64,000 nucleotides of DNA from NCBI GenBank assembly GCA_963804995.1, contig CAWDSK010000009.1, positions 1-64,000 of the forward strand. The letters are read 5' to 3'. Source of the stretch: an uncultured Acidobacteriota bacterium. GTDB taxonomy: Bacteria > Acidobacteriota > Terriglobia > UBA7540. The notes beneath the pieces are model-generated. The model had not been told where the DNA came from and did not search any database. It was given only the letters and a program-made list of their open reading frames with translations. Positions 31,319 to 41,618 of the stretch are shown here, one piece after another; positions within the stretch are counted from its first letter, which is position 1, and each line of letters begins with the position of its first letter. A program made the position numbers and the translations under genes.

Positions 31319-31749
31319 CAATCCTCCAACGGTCCGCGCTATAGCGACGCCCCCGACCCTTACCGTGCTGCATTTAGCAAAGGGCGTTGCCAAGAGGTAT
31401 TACACCCTCATACTTATCGGCGGGTTCCCGATACTTCATGATGCTGGGATTTGCGAATGGGGCATGAGAGGAGGGACTCTTGCGCTTTCAGACCTTGCTC
31501 GCGTTACCCGGCCCATGGCCAGGGAGAGTCGACGCCACCCACCCCGGTCATCAAACGACCCTTGCGGTCACTGCCTATTTAACGTACGAGGTCCTATCAT
31601 GTCAAGCGCCACCAAAGTCTGGACTCGTCGGATAGTGTGCGTATAATGGCTGAACGCAACGAGCTTTCGAGCACATCGGCGCTGATGAACGAAGGTCTCC
31701 ACGGTGTCTTCGCGCACGAATAGGGTGGGTTGCCCAGGTATTTCTCAGC

Positions 31750-32685
31750 ATGCACTTCTTTCTCGGCATCGACGGTGGTGGTACGCGGACTACGGTGTGG
31801 CTAGCAGACGAGGAAGGCAAAGTCCTGGCGCGCGCCGAAGCAGGACCTTCAAATCCCGTGAAGGTGGGTTTTCGCGCCGCCCAACACGAAATCGGGAATG
31901 CCACGCGGGCTGCGCTCGGCCAGGCAGGAATCCTTAAGGCGCCGCGCCAGCGCACGCACGCAGTGAAACTCAACGCCGTCTGTGCGGGCATCTCCGGGGT
32001 CGATCGCCCGTCTGTGCATGACCCTCTTATCAAATGGATGCGCCGCAACATCCCGGCGCGCCGTCATTTGCTGACCTCCGACGCGGCCATCGCGCTTGCC
32101 GCCGCAGTGGGCGACTCACCGGGAATTATTGTAATTGCGGGCACCGGCTCCATTGCCTTCGCGCGCGACGATCGCGGGCGGATTCTGCGCGCCGGGGGCT
32201 GGGGCTCTCCTTTCGACAACCTCGGCGCCGGCTACGATCTTGGCCGCCGAGCCGTGACCGCAGCGCTCCAGGCTTTCGATGGGCGCGGCGCGCGCACTCG
32301 CCTGCTGACCCAACTCACGCGAGTGCTCGCCCTCAAGGATATTACCGAGGTCGTTTCTAAACACCTCGAACCCCAGCAAATTGCCGCGCTCGCACCCTTG
32401 GTGCTCGAGGCAGCCCACCGCGGTGACCTGGTCGCAAGTCATCTGTGCGACGAATCGGCATGCCGTCTGGCCGAATTGGCGACAGCCCTGCTCAAGCGCG
32501 CGGGTTGGGTGCGCCGCAGCGTGCCGGTGGTCTGCACCGGCGGCGTGTTCCAGTCCAGCCCACTCATCCAACGTGCTTTTGCGCGCCAACTGCGCCGCTT
32601 CGCACCCTTAACACGCGTCGAGTTGCTCAACCGCCCGCCGGTGGAAGGCGCGCTCTTTCTTGCGCGCTCCTTGGGAGGGAAGTAA
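31750..32685 (+). CDS. BadF/BadG/BcrA/BcrD ATPase (GlcNAc kinase-like)
   Basis: GIDGGGT, IAGTGSI and RAGGWG motifs. Confidence 0.88.
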   Translation: MHFFLGIDGGGTRTTVWLADEEGKVLARAEAGPSNPVKVGFRAAQHEIGNATRAALGQAGILKAPRQRTHAVKLNAVCAGISGVDRPSVHDPLIKWMRRNIPARRHLLTSDAAIALAAAVGDSPGIIVIAGTGSIAFARDDRGRILRAGGWGSPFDNLGAGYDLGRRAVTAALQAFDGRGARTRLLTQLTRVLALKDITEVVSKHLEPQQIAALAPLVLEAAHRGDLVASHLCDESACRLAELATALLKRAGWVRRSVPVVCTGGVFQSSPLIQRAFARQLRRFAPLTRVELLNRPPVEGALFLARSLGGK

Positions 32686-33270
32686 GCGGAAGGCAGAAGG
32701 CCGAAAGCAGAAGGCAGAGAGCGGAAGGCAGAAAGCAGAAGGCAGAGAGCGGAAGGCAGAAGGCAGAAAGCAGAAGGCAGCGAGCGTTTTGCGCGAGTCC
32801 CGACGAGTCGGGATAAGCAGAAGGCGGAAAGCAGAAAGCAGTAGGCGGTAGGCAGAAGGCAGCGAGCGGTTTGCGCGAGTCCCAACGAAGTTGGAATGCC
32901 CAGGCGTCATTTGTGGCGAACAATCGCAAGGCGATGAGCAGGTCTTCATCTGCAGCAGACCAAAGGTCGCCGGGCCGGCATAAGAGCATGGCACCTGCGC
33001 CGGAGTAAGTTCTTCTGCTCGCCGCTTTCCGCATACTGCCTTCTGCTTTCTGCCTTTTGCCTTCCGCCTTCTGCCTTCTGCTTTCTGCATTCTGCTTTTT
33101 TGCTTTCCGCCTGCTGCCTACTGCATTCTGCCTGTTGCTTCTTAGCCTTCCGCCTTCCGCTAACTTCGTACCGCCTACCGCTCGCTGCCTACTGCCTACT
33201 GCCAACTGCCTACTGCCTTCCGCTTTCCGCCTTCTGCTTTCTGCCTACTGCCTTCTGCCTACTGCTTTCC
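32686..33270. repeat. Long heptamer microsatellite tracts (GGCAGAA / TTCTGCC), inverted relative to each other
   Basis: 32686-32862 is purine-rich and 33010-33270 is the pyrimidine-rich complement. Confidence 0.9.
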
Positions 33271-33317
33271 CCCAATTCCTCCCCCGCAAGTGGCGGACTT
33301 CGGGTATATTCCTACGC

Positions 33318-34118
33318 ATGCAGAATGGCGCTCCAGTTGCCCTCATCACCGGAGCTTCGCGCGGTATCGGTCGTGGAATCTCGATCGAACTCGCGCGCCT
33401 GGGCTTCAGCGTAGCGATCAATTACGCTGCCAACCGTGAGGCCGCGGAGGAATGCGCATCCCTCTGCCGCCAGACAGCGCCCGCAGATTCCCAGGCGCTT
33501 TTTGAGCCGGTCCAAGCGGATATCTCCCGCGCCGACAATCGCGCCCGTTTGCTCGAAGCCGTCCGCGAGCGCTGGGGTTGGATTGACCTGCTGGTGAACA
33601 ACGCGGGAATCGCCCCACGGGTCCGCGCCGATATTCTCCAGGCGACTGAGGAAAGCTTCGACCAGGTCCTGGCGACCAACCTCAAAGGGCCCTACTTTCT
33701 CACGCAGGCGGTGGCCAAGGTCTGGGTCCAAAACCTCCCGAAGCTTCCGCCCGAGCGCCCGAAGCCCAAGATCGTGACGATCTCCTCGGTCTCCGCCTAC
33801 GCCGCCAGCGTGAATCGAGGTGATTACTGCCTGGCCAAAGCCGGTCTCGGCATGATGACCAAGCTCTTTGCACTGCGCCTGGCCGAATACGGCATTCATG
33901 TCTTCGAGCTTCGCCCCGGCATCATCTCTACAGATATGACCTCAGCAGTGAAAGAGGTCTACGACCGCCGGATTTCCGAGGGACTGACGCCCATTCGCCG
34001 CTGGGGTACACCGGAGGACGTCGCGCGCGCCGTCGCCGCCATCGCCGAGGATCGTTTCCCGTTCTCCACAGGTGAAGTCATCAACGTGGACGGCGGATTT
34101 CATCTCGATCGCCTCTAA
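33318..34118 (+). CDS. SDR oxidoreductase (3-ketoacyl-ACP reductase-like)
   Basis: [17 protein letters not shown] and VDGG motifs. Confidence 0.92.
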   Translation: MQNGAPVALITGASRGIGRGISIELARLGFSVAINYAANREAAEECASLCRQTAPADSQALFEPVQADISRADNRARLLEAVRERWGWIDLLVNNAGIAPRVRADILQATEESFDQVLATNLKGPYFLTQAVAKVWVQNLPKLPPERPKPKIVTISSVSAYAASVNRGDYCLAKAGLGMMTKLFALRLAEYGIHVFELRPGIISTDMTSAVKEVYDRRISEGLTPIRRWGTPEDVARAVAAIAEDRFPFSTGEVINVDGGFHLDRL

Positions 34119-34120
34119 CT

Positions 34121-35491
34121 ATGATTCGACTCAACACAGAATTGACGCTGGAAAGCCTTAAGCCGCGACTCGAACACCTATTCGAACTTTCCGCGGCGAA
34201 AATCCATGCCCTCGCCCAAACCTGGGAACCTTCGCAGGGCGCCCCCGTCGTCACGGTCGAAGGGCGTTACACCTCGCGTGCCTGGACCGAGTGGACGCAG
34301 GGTTTTCAGTTTGGTTCGGCCCTCCTGCAGTTCGATGCCACTGGCGAGCAGCGGTTTCTCAACTACGGCCGCAATAACACCCTCGCGGTCATGGCGCCGC
34401 ACCTCACGCACTTCGGGGTTCACGACCACGGCTTCAACAATGTGAGCACTTACGGAAACCTGTGGCGTCTGGCGAAGGAGGGCAAGGCCCCCGCCGCGGA
34501 TTCCGAAAGGGCCGGCTACGAACTGGCGCTCAAAGTCAGCGGAGCCGTGCAAGCGGCGCGCTGGTCGTTCCTGCGCGATGGCCGCGGTTACATCTATTCT
34601 TTCAACGGTCCCCACTCGCTGTTCGCAGATACCATTCGCTCCTTACGTTCGCTCGCCTTGTCTCACCACCTGGGGCACGTGTTGTGGGGCGAATCCGATC
34701 AGCGCATCCCGCTGCTGGAGCGATTGGTTCATCACGCCTCGGTGAGCGCGGAGTACGCGGTGTTTTACGGTGAAGGCCGCGACCAGTACGATGTGCGGGG
34801 CCGCGTGGCGCATGAGTCGATTTTCAATGTGAATGATGGAACCTATCGCTGCCCGGGTACGCAGCAGGGTTACTCCCCCTTCAGCACCTGGACGCGCGGG
34901 CTGGCGTGGATCATGTTGGGGTTCGCGGAACAGTTGGAGTTTTTTGCCACGCTGGCCGACAACGAACTCGCTCCGCTGGGTGGACGGGACGAAATCGAAG
35001 GCGCCATGCTGCGGGCCGCGGAAGCTGCCTCAGATTTCTATATTGAGAACTCCGCCGCGGACGGCATTCCCTATTGGGACACGGGCGCGCCTAACCTCGG
35101 AAAGCTCGGCGACTACCTTCACCAGCCAAGTGATCCTTACAACGATTTTGAGCCGGTCGACAGTTCCGCCGCCGCGATCGCCGCGCAGGCCCTCTGGAGG
35201 CTCGCAAACTACTTGCAGGCAAAGTCCCCGGAGGAAAGCACGCGCTACCGACAGGCAGCACTGGTGATTGCCGCCACGCTCTTCGAGCGGCCCTACCTTT
35301 CTCACGACCCTGCACACCAGGGACTGATTTTGCATTCCATTTACCATCGTCCCCGCGGCTGGGATCACGTTCCTGCCGGGCGCAAGATCCCTTGTAATGA
35401 ATCCTCCATGTGGGGTGACTACCACGCGCGCGAATTGGCGCTTTTGCTCTTGCGGCAGATGCGCGGCGAACCGTACCTCGTCTTTTTTTGA
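34121..35491 (+). CDS. Glycoside hydrolase, GH88-like
   Basis: WTEWTQGF, HDHGF, TWTRGLAW, IPYWD, DSSAAAI and WGDY motifs. Confidence 0.8.
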   Translation: MIRLNTELTLESLKPRLEHLFELSAAKIHALAQTWEPSQGAPVVTVEGRYTSRAWTEWTQGFQFGSALLQFDATGEQRFLNYGRNNTLAVMAPHLTHFGVHDHGFNNVSTYGNLWRLAKEGKAPAADSERAGYELALKVSGAVQAARWSFLRDGRGYIYSFNGPHSLFADTIRSLRSLALSHHLGHVLWGESDQRIPLLERLVHHASVSAEYAVFYGEGRDQYDVRGRVAHESIFNVNDGTYRCPGTQQGYSPFSTWTRGLAWIMLGFAEQLEFFATLADNELAPLGGRDEIEGAMLRAAEAASDFYIENSAADGIPYWDTGAPNLGKLGDYLHQPSDPYNDFEPVDSSAAAIAAQALWRLANYLQAKSPEESTRYRQAALVIAATLFERPYLSHDPAHQGLILHSIYHRPRGWDHVPAGRKIPCNESSMWGDYHARELALLLLRQMRGEPYLVFF

Positions 35492-35614
35492 CCTGTGATC
35501 CGTCTCTTTCCCGTCAAAGTGGATTGCTACTGAAGTTACAACGAGCGGCTGGTAAAATCGGAAACCCGCTTCGATTCCGAAGAACAAGCGCCCCGGCTGC
35601 GGTATACTGAGCAC

Positions 35615-35830
35615 ATGGCCACTATCGACATTGCCAATCTCAGTTTAGAGGAGCGGCTGCGGCTTCTGGATGAGCTTTGGGAGAGTCTCTCGCAAACGGC
35701 TGAGGCGATTCCGCTGACCAGCGCTCAGCGCGAGGAATTGGACCGACGGCTGGACGAGCTTGAGCGCGAAGGCCCCGTCGGCATTCCTTGGGAAGATGTG
35801 CTCCGCCGGATTCGGCGCCGCGCCCAATGA
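35615..35830 (+). CDS. Addiction-module antitoxin (TIGR02574-like)
   Basis: LSLEERLRLLDELWESL, ELDRRL and IPWEDV motifs; ATGA overlap with the toxin. Confidence 0.88.
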   Translation: MATIDIANLSLEERLRLLDELWESLSQTAEAIPLTSAQREELDRRLDELEREGPVGIPWEDVLRRIRRRAQ

Positions 35831-36120
35831 CGAGACTGCTCGTCCGCCCTGCTGCGGCTGCCGATATTGAGGAAGCGTATCGGTGGTACGAGCGCCAGCG
35901 GGTGAGCCTGGGCGAAGAGTTTCTGACGGCCGTCGATGCGACCTTACAAGACCTTGCTGCGCATCCCACCGCCTATGCGGTGATCCATCGCGAGACCAGG
36001 CGCGCCCTGCTCCACCGCTTCCCCTATGCCATCTTCTATCGCCTTTACGACGAGACCGTAATCGTCATTGCGTGCATGCACGGACGGCGCGACCCCAAGC
36101 GCTGGAAGGGCCGCGCCTGA
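35827..36120 (+). CDS. ParE/RelE-family toxin
   Basis: ADIEEAYRWYE, LGEEFL, RFPYAIFY and HGRRDP motifs. Confidence 0.88.
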   Translation: MTRLLVRPAAAADIEEAYRWYERQRVSLGEEFLTAVDATLQDLAAHPTAYAVIHRETRRALLHRFPYAIFYRLYDETVIVIACMHGRRDPKRWKGRA

Positions 36121-36925
36121 CGTGAGGAAACCGGGGCTGGCGCCTCAAAGCAAGATCAGCTCTACGATTCACGTTGCTCTTCTTGTCCCCAGAATTCTCG
36201 AATGATCAACGCCGCATCCAGCCGGACGAAATCGCAGGGCTACGCTCGCCCTGCGCCAGCCTGCCAATTCCGAGACTAACCCGGCGCGGGGCATAGGCGC
36301 TGGAATAACGGGTAGCGGGGTTCGAAAGCCCCGATCGGATCGGGGCGCTGTCATGTGGCCCACGGCGAGCCAGCCGTGGGAAAATGGGCAATCAATTCTT
36401 CAGCCCGCGTAGCGGGCGGGTCGCCGCGGCGACTAGCCCACGGCGAGTCAGCCCTGGGAAAAACGGCCGCCGGAACAAGTTTTTGAGCCCCGCCAGGGGC
36501 GACATCGGGTCATTCCGCGTAGCCCCTCCGTCACAGATGATCGCTCTCCCCGGGCTTTCACTCCCCACGGTGCTTAGCCGAATATACCTCCGAAAACCGC
36601 CAACCGATGAGCCGACCGGGGTTAGTCATGCGGAATGGAAATTCTGGTTTAGTGGAATCACACTTCCTCGAAGGTGACTTGCGGGGGCGTCAGGGATTGC
36701 ACATCTACGGGTTATGGCCGTTATACGGCCAAGTGGAGCGGGAGCTTCAACGACAGTGGTTCAGGCGTAATCATGTTTTCTTGTGGTAGGGGCTGCTATC
36801 GACAGATATTGGTAAACCCTTGGCGACAAGGCAGGAGCTATTTCCTCGAACCCCGTATCTGAACAGCCGAACGCATTGACTGGGGAGCCGAACAGCTGCC
36901 CAGGAGGCGGCTGCTTAACCTAATG

Positions 36926-36979
36926 AGCGCACCGACGGATCCGTGGGGGGTACCGGGCAACCGGTATCCCTACCGCGAC
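36926..36979 (+). pseudogene. Degenerate group II intron 3' end (D5/D6 remnant)
   Basis: gcgcaccgacggatccgtggggggtaccgggcaaccggtatccctaccgcgac is close to the 3' end of the intact intron. Confidence 0.75.
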
Positions 36980-37070
36980 CAGCCCTCCAAGCGAGATACT
37001 TCGCTCCGCAATGCCCCGCTCAGGATGGGAGGCTAAGCGGGCCGGTAATACCTATTTCGGATATACGGGG

Positions 37071-37916
37071 CTAGTCGCTCAGGACCACGCTCAAGATGCC
37101 ACTGTTAACCGTCAACGCGCCGCTGCCCGTGTAATCGACAAAGCCCAGTGTGCGGAACTTGTTCATGAAATAACTGACCCGTGACCGGGTGGTGCCGACC
37201 ATTTGGGCCAGGTGTTCCTGATTGATTCCGGGATGGACCGTTTCGGTTCTGCTTTCCTTACCAAAATGCGCCAGCAATAAGAGAATCCGGGCCAGGCGCT
37301 TTTCGCTGGAGTTGAAAAGCTGGTCGACCAGATCCTCTTCGAATCGAATGTTGCGTGAAAGGAGGTGCGTGATGAACAATTCCGAGATTCCGTGCTGCTC
37401 GTGGAGCAGACGCACCATCAGCGATTTCTCGATTCTGTAAAGAGTGCAATCACTCACCGCGATAGCCGTTGCAATGCGCAACGGCTGGCCGGCAAGGCAT
37501 CCCTCACCGAAGAACTCGTTGCCGCCCAGAATGGTGACGATCGCTTCCTTGCCTTGTTGGGAGGTCACCGCGAGTTTCACCTCGCCTTGGTGGAGATAGA
37601 AAATGGAATCCGCAGGGTCTCCCTGCATGAAGATCGTGCGGTTCGCGCCGTATTCTAGAACGGTTTTCCCGCGATCGATTCCTGCGAGGAACGCTGCCCA
37701 ATCGACAGGCTGAGTTTTCTTGTTAGCTGTAGCCAGTGTAGGCTTGCCTTTGCCGTTGGCCATGTCAACCTCAGGCGGGCTCTTCTGTGGCGTCATAACA
37801 ACCTCCGTCTGCTTGCTGAAGATATCGCGGTTCGCGGCGTATTCCAGAACAGTATTCCCGTCGGCGATTCGCGAGAGGGCGGCCTCCCCATCGGCAGGCT
37901 GGCTTTTCTTTGCCAT
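37071..37916 (-). CDS. Crp/Fnr-family regulator (alternative start 37763)
   Basis: FFGEGCL, SEKRLAR and LAQMVGTTRSRVS motifs. Confidence 0.9.
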   Translation of the reverse strand: MAKKSQPADGEAALSRIADGNTVLEYAANRDIFSKQTEVVMTPQKSPPEVDMANGKGKPTLATANKKTQPVDWAAFLAGIDRGKTVLEYGANRTIFMQGDPADSIFYLHQGEVKLAVTSQQGKEAIVTILGGNEFFGEGCLAGQPLRIATAIAVSDCTLYRIEKSLMVRLLHEQHGISELFITHLLSRNIRFEEDLVDQLFNSSEKRLARILLLLAHFGKESRTETVHPGINQEHLAQMVGTTRSRVSYFMNKFRTLGFVDYTGSGALTVNSGILSVVLSD

Positions 37917-38358
37917 AACACCCCCCCTCTGCTTGCTAAGGGCGCAGCCGTGGTATCAGAAGGAATCGGATTTTGGCGACAACCCGGTATCACCTCGCGG
38001 GACGGACTCGCTCCAGGGCAGCTTCAGGGTGCGAATGGCCTGCTGACTCGTTATCACTCGAATGCTTCGTCATCAACGACCACGATCTTCCGCGACGTAC
38101 GACAGTCCTCGCGGACCGAACGAGTGTATCTTCATAGGAAGAACAGGCACAATTCTACAGATTGAGTATTCGACAGTACGTTGAGGCCCTGAACCTCTAG
38201 GTGTCTCTACAGAATCTACAGTAGAGACAAATGGCAGTGGATTGATCCGTATTGAAGCTTGATTATCGTTAAGAAGTGCGTCAAGATGGGCTCCGCTGCC
38301 CGGTATTTGAGAATCCTGCCCACTCGGTTTCTTACAGAGTCCGAGTGTATTCTCTTGC

Positions 38359-38457
38359 GTGAAGCCGACCGACCGGGAACAGTTTGTCCAGGTTGTGAAG
38401 TCGGTTGAAGATTTTGGGTTGACGATCATGAAACTCCTGCAAGGAAAAACGCCATGA
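38359..38457 (+). pseudogene. C-terminal remnant of an Rcp1-like response regulator
   Basis: VKPTDREQFVQVVKSVEDFGLTIMKL resembles the KP.D..QF..VV.SIEDFWL.IVKLP tail; its stop overlaps the kinase ATG. Confidence 0.6.
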
Positions 38458-40271
38458 CATCCGAGCCGATTAAGGTCTTGTTGGTGGAGGATAATCCGGG
38501 AAATATCCGCCTAATCCGGGAAATGTTGAAGGAAGCGAAGCCCGCGTTGGCTGACCTGGAGGATGCCCCAAGCTTGCTGACGGCGGTCGAGCGGCTGGCG
38601 AAGGGGGGAATCGACGCGGTGTTATTGGATCTCGGGCTCTCAGACAGCCAGGGCATTAGCACTTTTGTGGAGTTACACAATCAATTCCCCGGCACTCCCA
38701 TCGTAGTGCTAACGGGTCTTACCGATGAAAAGCTGGGCCTCCAAGCAGTCCGGGAAGGGGCGCAAGATTACCTCGTCATAGGAAAGGTGAATGGCGAGTG
38801 GCTTTGCCGCGCCATCTTCTATGCCGTTGAGCGGGTGCAAGGGAAGGAAGCGCTCGAGAAAAGCGAGGAGCAGTATCGCCTGCTCTTTGAAAAAAACCTT
38901 GCCGGGGTATACCGCACTGCCCTGGACCGCCGCCTCACGGACTGTAATGAAGCTTTCGTCAAGGTCTTCGGATTTGCCTCTCGCGAAGAGATCTTAGCTC
39001 ATCCCGTGACGGACCTTTACTTTGATCCCCGCGAGCCGGAGGCAATCACCGCCCGCCTGAGGGCGGAAAAGAGCGTCTCGAATTTAGAAATTCGCCTTAA
39101 GCGAAAAGATGGGAAGCCGGTTTGGGTTTTGGCTAACGAGAATCTGATCGAAGGGCAGGCAGGCAGCCCACCGTTCATCTTAGGGACCATCGTCGATATT
39201 ACCCGGCGCAGGGAGGCTGAGGAGGCGCTACGGCAAAGTGAAAGTCACTTGCGTGCCATTATTGAAGCCGAGCCGGAATGTGTTGCGAAAGTCGCGCCCA
39301 ACGGCGACCTCCTTCAAATGAACCCGGCGGGCCTGGCCATGATCGAGGCTGAGAGCTTTGCCGAAGTTAAGGGAAAGTCAGTCCTTCCCTTGATTGCTCC
39401 TGGGCACCAGACTGCGTTCAAAGCTCTCCTGGGGGGAGTTTGCAGCGGCAACAGAGCCAATTTAGAATTCGAGATTGTCGGGCTCAAAGGTGCGCGGCGG
39501 TGGGTGGAGTCTTATGCGGTCCCCATTGCTGATGAGACGGGATCAAGTTGCATGTTGACCGTCATGCGTGACCTCACCGAACGCAAGCAAGGTGAAGAGG
39601 CTCTGCGCGGGCTTTCTACGCGTCTGCTGCAGTTGCAGGATGAGGAGCGGCGGCGCATTGCCCGGGAACTCCACGACGCCATAGGTCAGAACCTCGTCGG
39701 TTTGGTGACGAACCTCACCCTGGCGCACAAGTCGGCTCGTACGCTTAATCCGAAAGCACGCCAAGCTCTATCTGGAAGTCTTGAGGTGGCAGAACGGTCC
39801 CTAAAGGAGATGCGTACCCTCTCCTACTTGTTACACCCGCCACTGCTTGATGAAGATGGCTTGGCTTCAGCCTTGGCTTGGTACGTTAAGGGGTTCGCCG
39901 AGCGGAGCGAAATCAAGGTCGATCTCAAAGTGTCTCCCCGTTTTGGCCGACTGCCCCAGGAGGTAGAGACGACCCTTTTTCGCGTCGTGCAGGAAAGCCT
40001 TACAAACGTCCACCGTCACTCCAAAAGTCCCACAGCCAGCATACGGCTTTCGCGGCGCGCGACTGGGGTGAAGTTAGAGATAACGGACAAAGGCCAGGGG
40101 ATGGCCACGAAGGCCCTCCACTCGGGCAATCAGGATGGCGGACAGCTTGGAGTGGGCATTATGGGCATGCGCGAGCGAGCCAGACAACTCGGGGGTCGGC
40201 TGGAAATCGATTCAAGTGGCCGAGGCACGACCGTCCGAGTGGTGATCCCGCTTCGCGAGGTCGTTCCGTGA
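38454..40271 (+). CDS. Hybrid sensor kinase REC-PAS-PAS-HisKA_3-HATPase
   Basis: LLVEDN, LLDL, two PAS/PAC domains, ERRRIARELHD, QESLTNV and GMRER motifs. Confidence 0.92.
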   Translation: MTSEPIKVLLVEDNPGNIRLIREMLKEAKPALADLEDAPSLLTAVERLAKGGIDAVLLDLGLSDSQGISTFVELHNQFPGTPIVVLTGLTDEKLGLQAVREGAQDYLVIGKVNGEWLCRAIFYAVERVQGKEALEKSEEQYRLLFEKNLAGVYRTALDRRLTDCNEAFVKVFGFASREEILAHPVTDLYFDPREPEAITARLRAEKSVSNLEIRLKRKDGKPVWVLANENLIEGQAGSPPFILGTIVDITRRREAEEALRQSESHLRAIIEAEPECVAKVAPNGDLLQMNPAGLAMIEAESFAEVKGKSVLPLIAPGHQTAFKALLGGVCSGNRANLEFEIVGLKGARRWVESYAVPIADETGSSCMLTVMRDLTERKQGEEALRGLSTRLLQLQDEERRRIARELHDAIGQNLVGLVTNLTLAHKSARTLNPKARQALSGSLEVAERSLKEMRTLSYLLHPPLLDEDGLASALAWYVKGFAERSEIKVDLKVSPRFGRLPQEVETTLFRVVQESLTNVHRHSKSPTASIRLSRRATGVKLEITDKGQGMATKALHSGNQDGGQLGVGIMGMRERARQLGGRLEIDSSGRGTTVRVVIPLREVVP

Positions 40272-40924
40272 AGACGCTTCGTATTCTGGTGGCAGATGAT
40301 CACGAGGTCGTGCGGAAGGGAATGCGAGCCCTTTTGGAAGTCTGTCCCGAATGGGAAATCTGCGCGGAGGCGGCCAATGGCCGGGAGGCGGTTGAACGGG
40401 CTAAACAGACGAAGCCTGACGTGGTGGTGATGGATATCAGCATGCCGGAATTGAACGGCTTGGAAGCGACGCGACAAATCCTGAAAGCCCTCCCTAGAAC
40501 CGAGGTGCTTATCCTCACGCTTCATGAGTCCGAACAGTTAATACGCAGGGTGGTCGAATCAGGCGCTCGTGCCTACATCCTGAAGTCCGACGCAGGACGA
40601 AACTTGGTGGAGGGCGTGGCGGCGCTTGGCCGGCACAAAGGTTTTTTCTCATCCAACGTAGCCACAGCTATAGTGGAGAGCCACCTGAAAAATGGTAAGA
40701 CAACCGGCAGAACGAAGCGCAATCGTGACCTCCTGACCCCACGCGAGCGAGAAATTGTCCAGCTTCTGGCAGAAGAGAAGAGTAACAAGGAGATCGCGGC
40801 AACCTTGGGGCTCAGTGTTCACACGGTAGAAACCCACCGAAGCAACATCATGCACAAGCTCGGCACCCATTCCTTGACCGGCGTGATTCGCTACGCCCTG
40901 CGCAATAAGATTGTGCAGTTCTAG
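40268..40924 (+). CDS. NarL/LuxR-family response regulator
   Basis: ADDHEVVR, MDISMP, LTPRERE and TVETHR motifs. Confidence 0.94.
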   Translation: MKTLRILVADDHEVVRKGMRALLEVCPEWEICAEAANGREAVERAKQTKPDVVVMDISMPELNGLEATRQILKALPRTEVLILTLHESEQLIRRVVESGARAYILKSDAGRNLVEGVAALGRHKGFFSSNVATAIVESHLKNGKTTGRTKRNRDLLTPREREIVQLLAEEKSNKEIAATLGLSVHTVETHRSNIMHKLGTHSLTGVIRYALRNKIVQF

Positions 40925-41618
40925 AGCGTTCCGAATCCCACAAGGGCAGTTGCCAATCTATAGCTGCTTCGAGTCAGAAAGACGAATTTGGTAGGCGACT
41001 TTCCGCCACTCATCAACTCCTTTCAGATTCATATCCGTGTCGTTCGAACGATGCATGTTACTCGCCTCAAACCTACTCGAAAAAACCCCCAGTGCGGTGC
41101 GGCTCCTCATCTTGCTCTGGTGGTCACTTGGACGTATAGTCGCCGAACCGTAGAAGTGCCTCGGGCATTCAAACTCCCGAGATACGGGGTTCGAGGAAAT
41201 AACTTCCGCCTTGTCGTATCATGTTTGTCGAAGATTCCGGACGAGTGGTCGGACATGTTTTGCAAAACCACATCGGAGGGAAAAAAGCGCTCTTCGAGTC
41301 AATGCCTGACGGCTCGCCTCGCTAGGTTTTTGCCCGGCGCTGCCCGGACGCCGCCCCTACCGGGGCTGACGAATCTCGAAGGTCGTCAGGCGGCTGGCTC
41401 GCCGTGAGCTAAATGACAGCGCCCCGATCCGATCGGGGCTTTCGAGCCCCGCTACCCGTTATTCTAGCGCCTATACCCGGCGCGGGGCAGCCTTGACCCG
41501 ATTTTGTAAGCGGATTTCTGACCCTGGACACTCGCCTTTCATATACGATTGAACTCAGCAAAGTGCCGGAATCCGGCCCGAGCCGAAGCGGGAAGAAGAT
41601 TCCGAGGGAGGGGATTGC

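Larger units (their letters stand above)
36279..41488. mobile_element. Putative non-autonomous element: 84-bp inverted repeats plus 14-bp direct repeats around a Crp/two-component cargo
   Basis: IR 36293-36376 versus 41391-41474 (5 mismatches); acccggcgcggggc at 36279-36292 and 41475-41488. Confidence 0.5.

Noticed and set aside
32439..33317. ORFs with AFCLLPS/QKAEGR repeats and the N-terminal extension of the SDR
   Set aside because: Translations of heptamer microsatellites.
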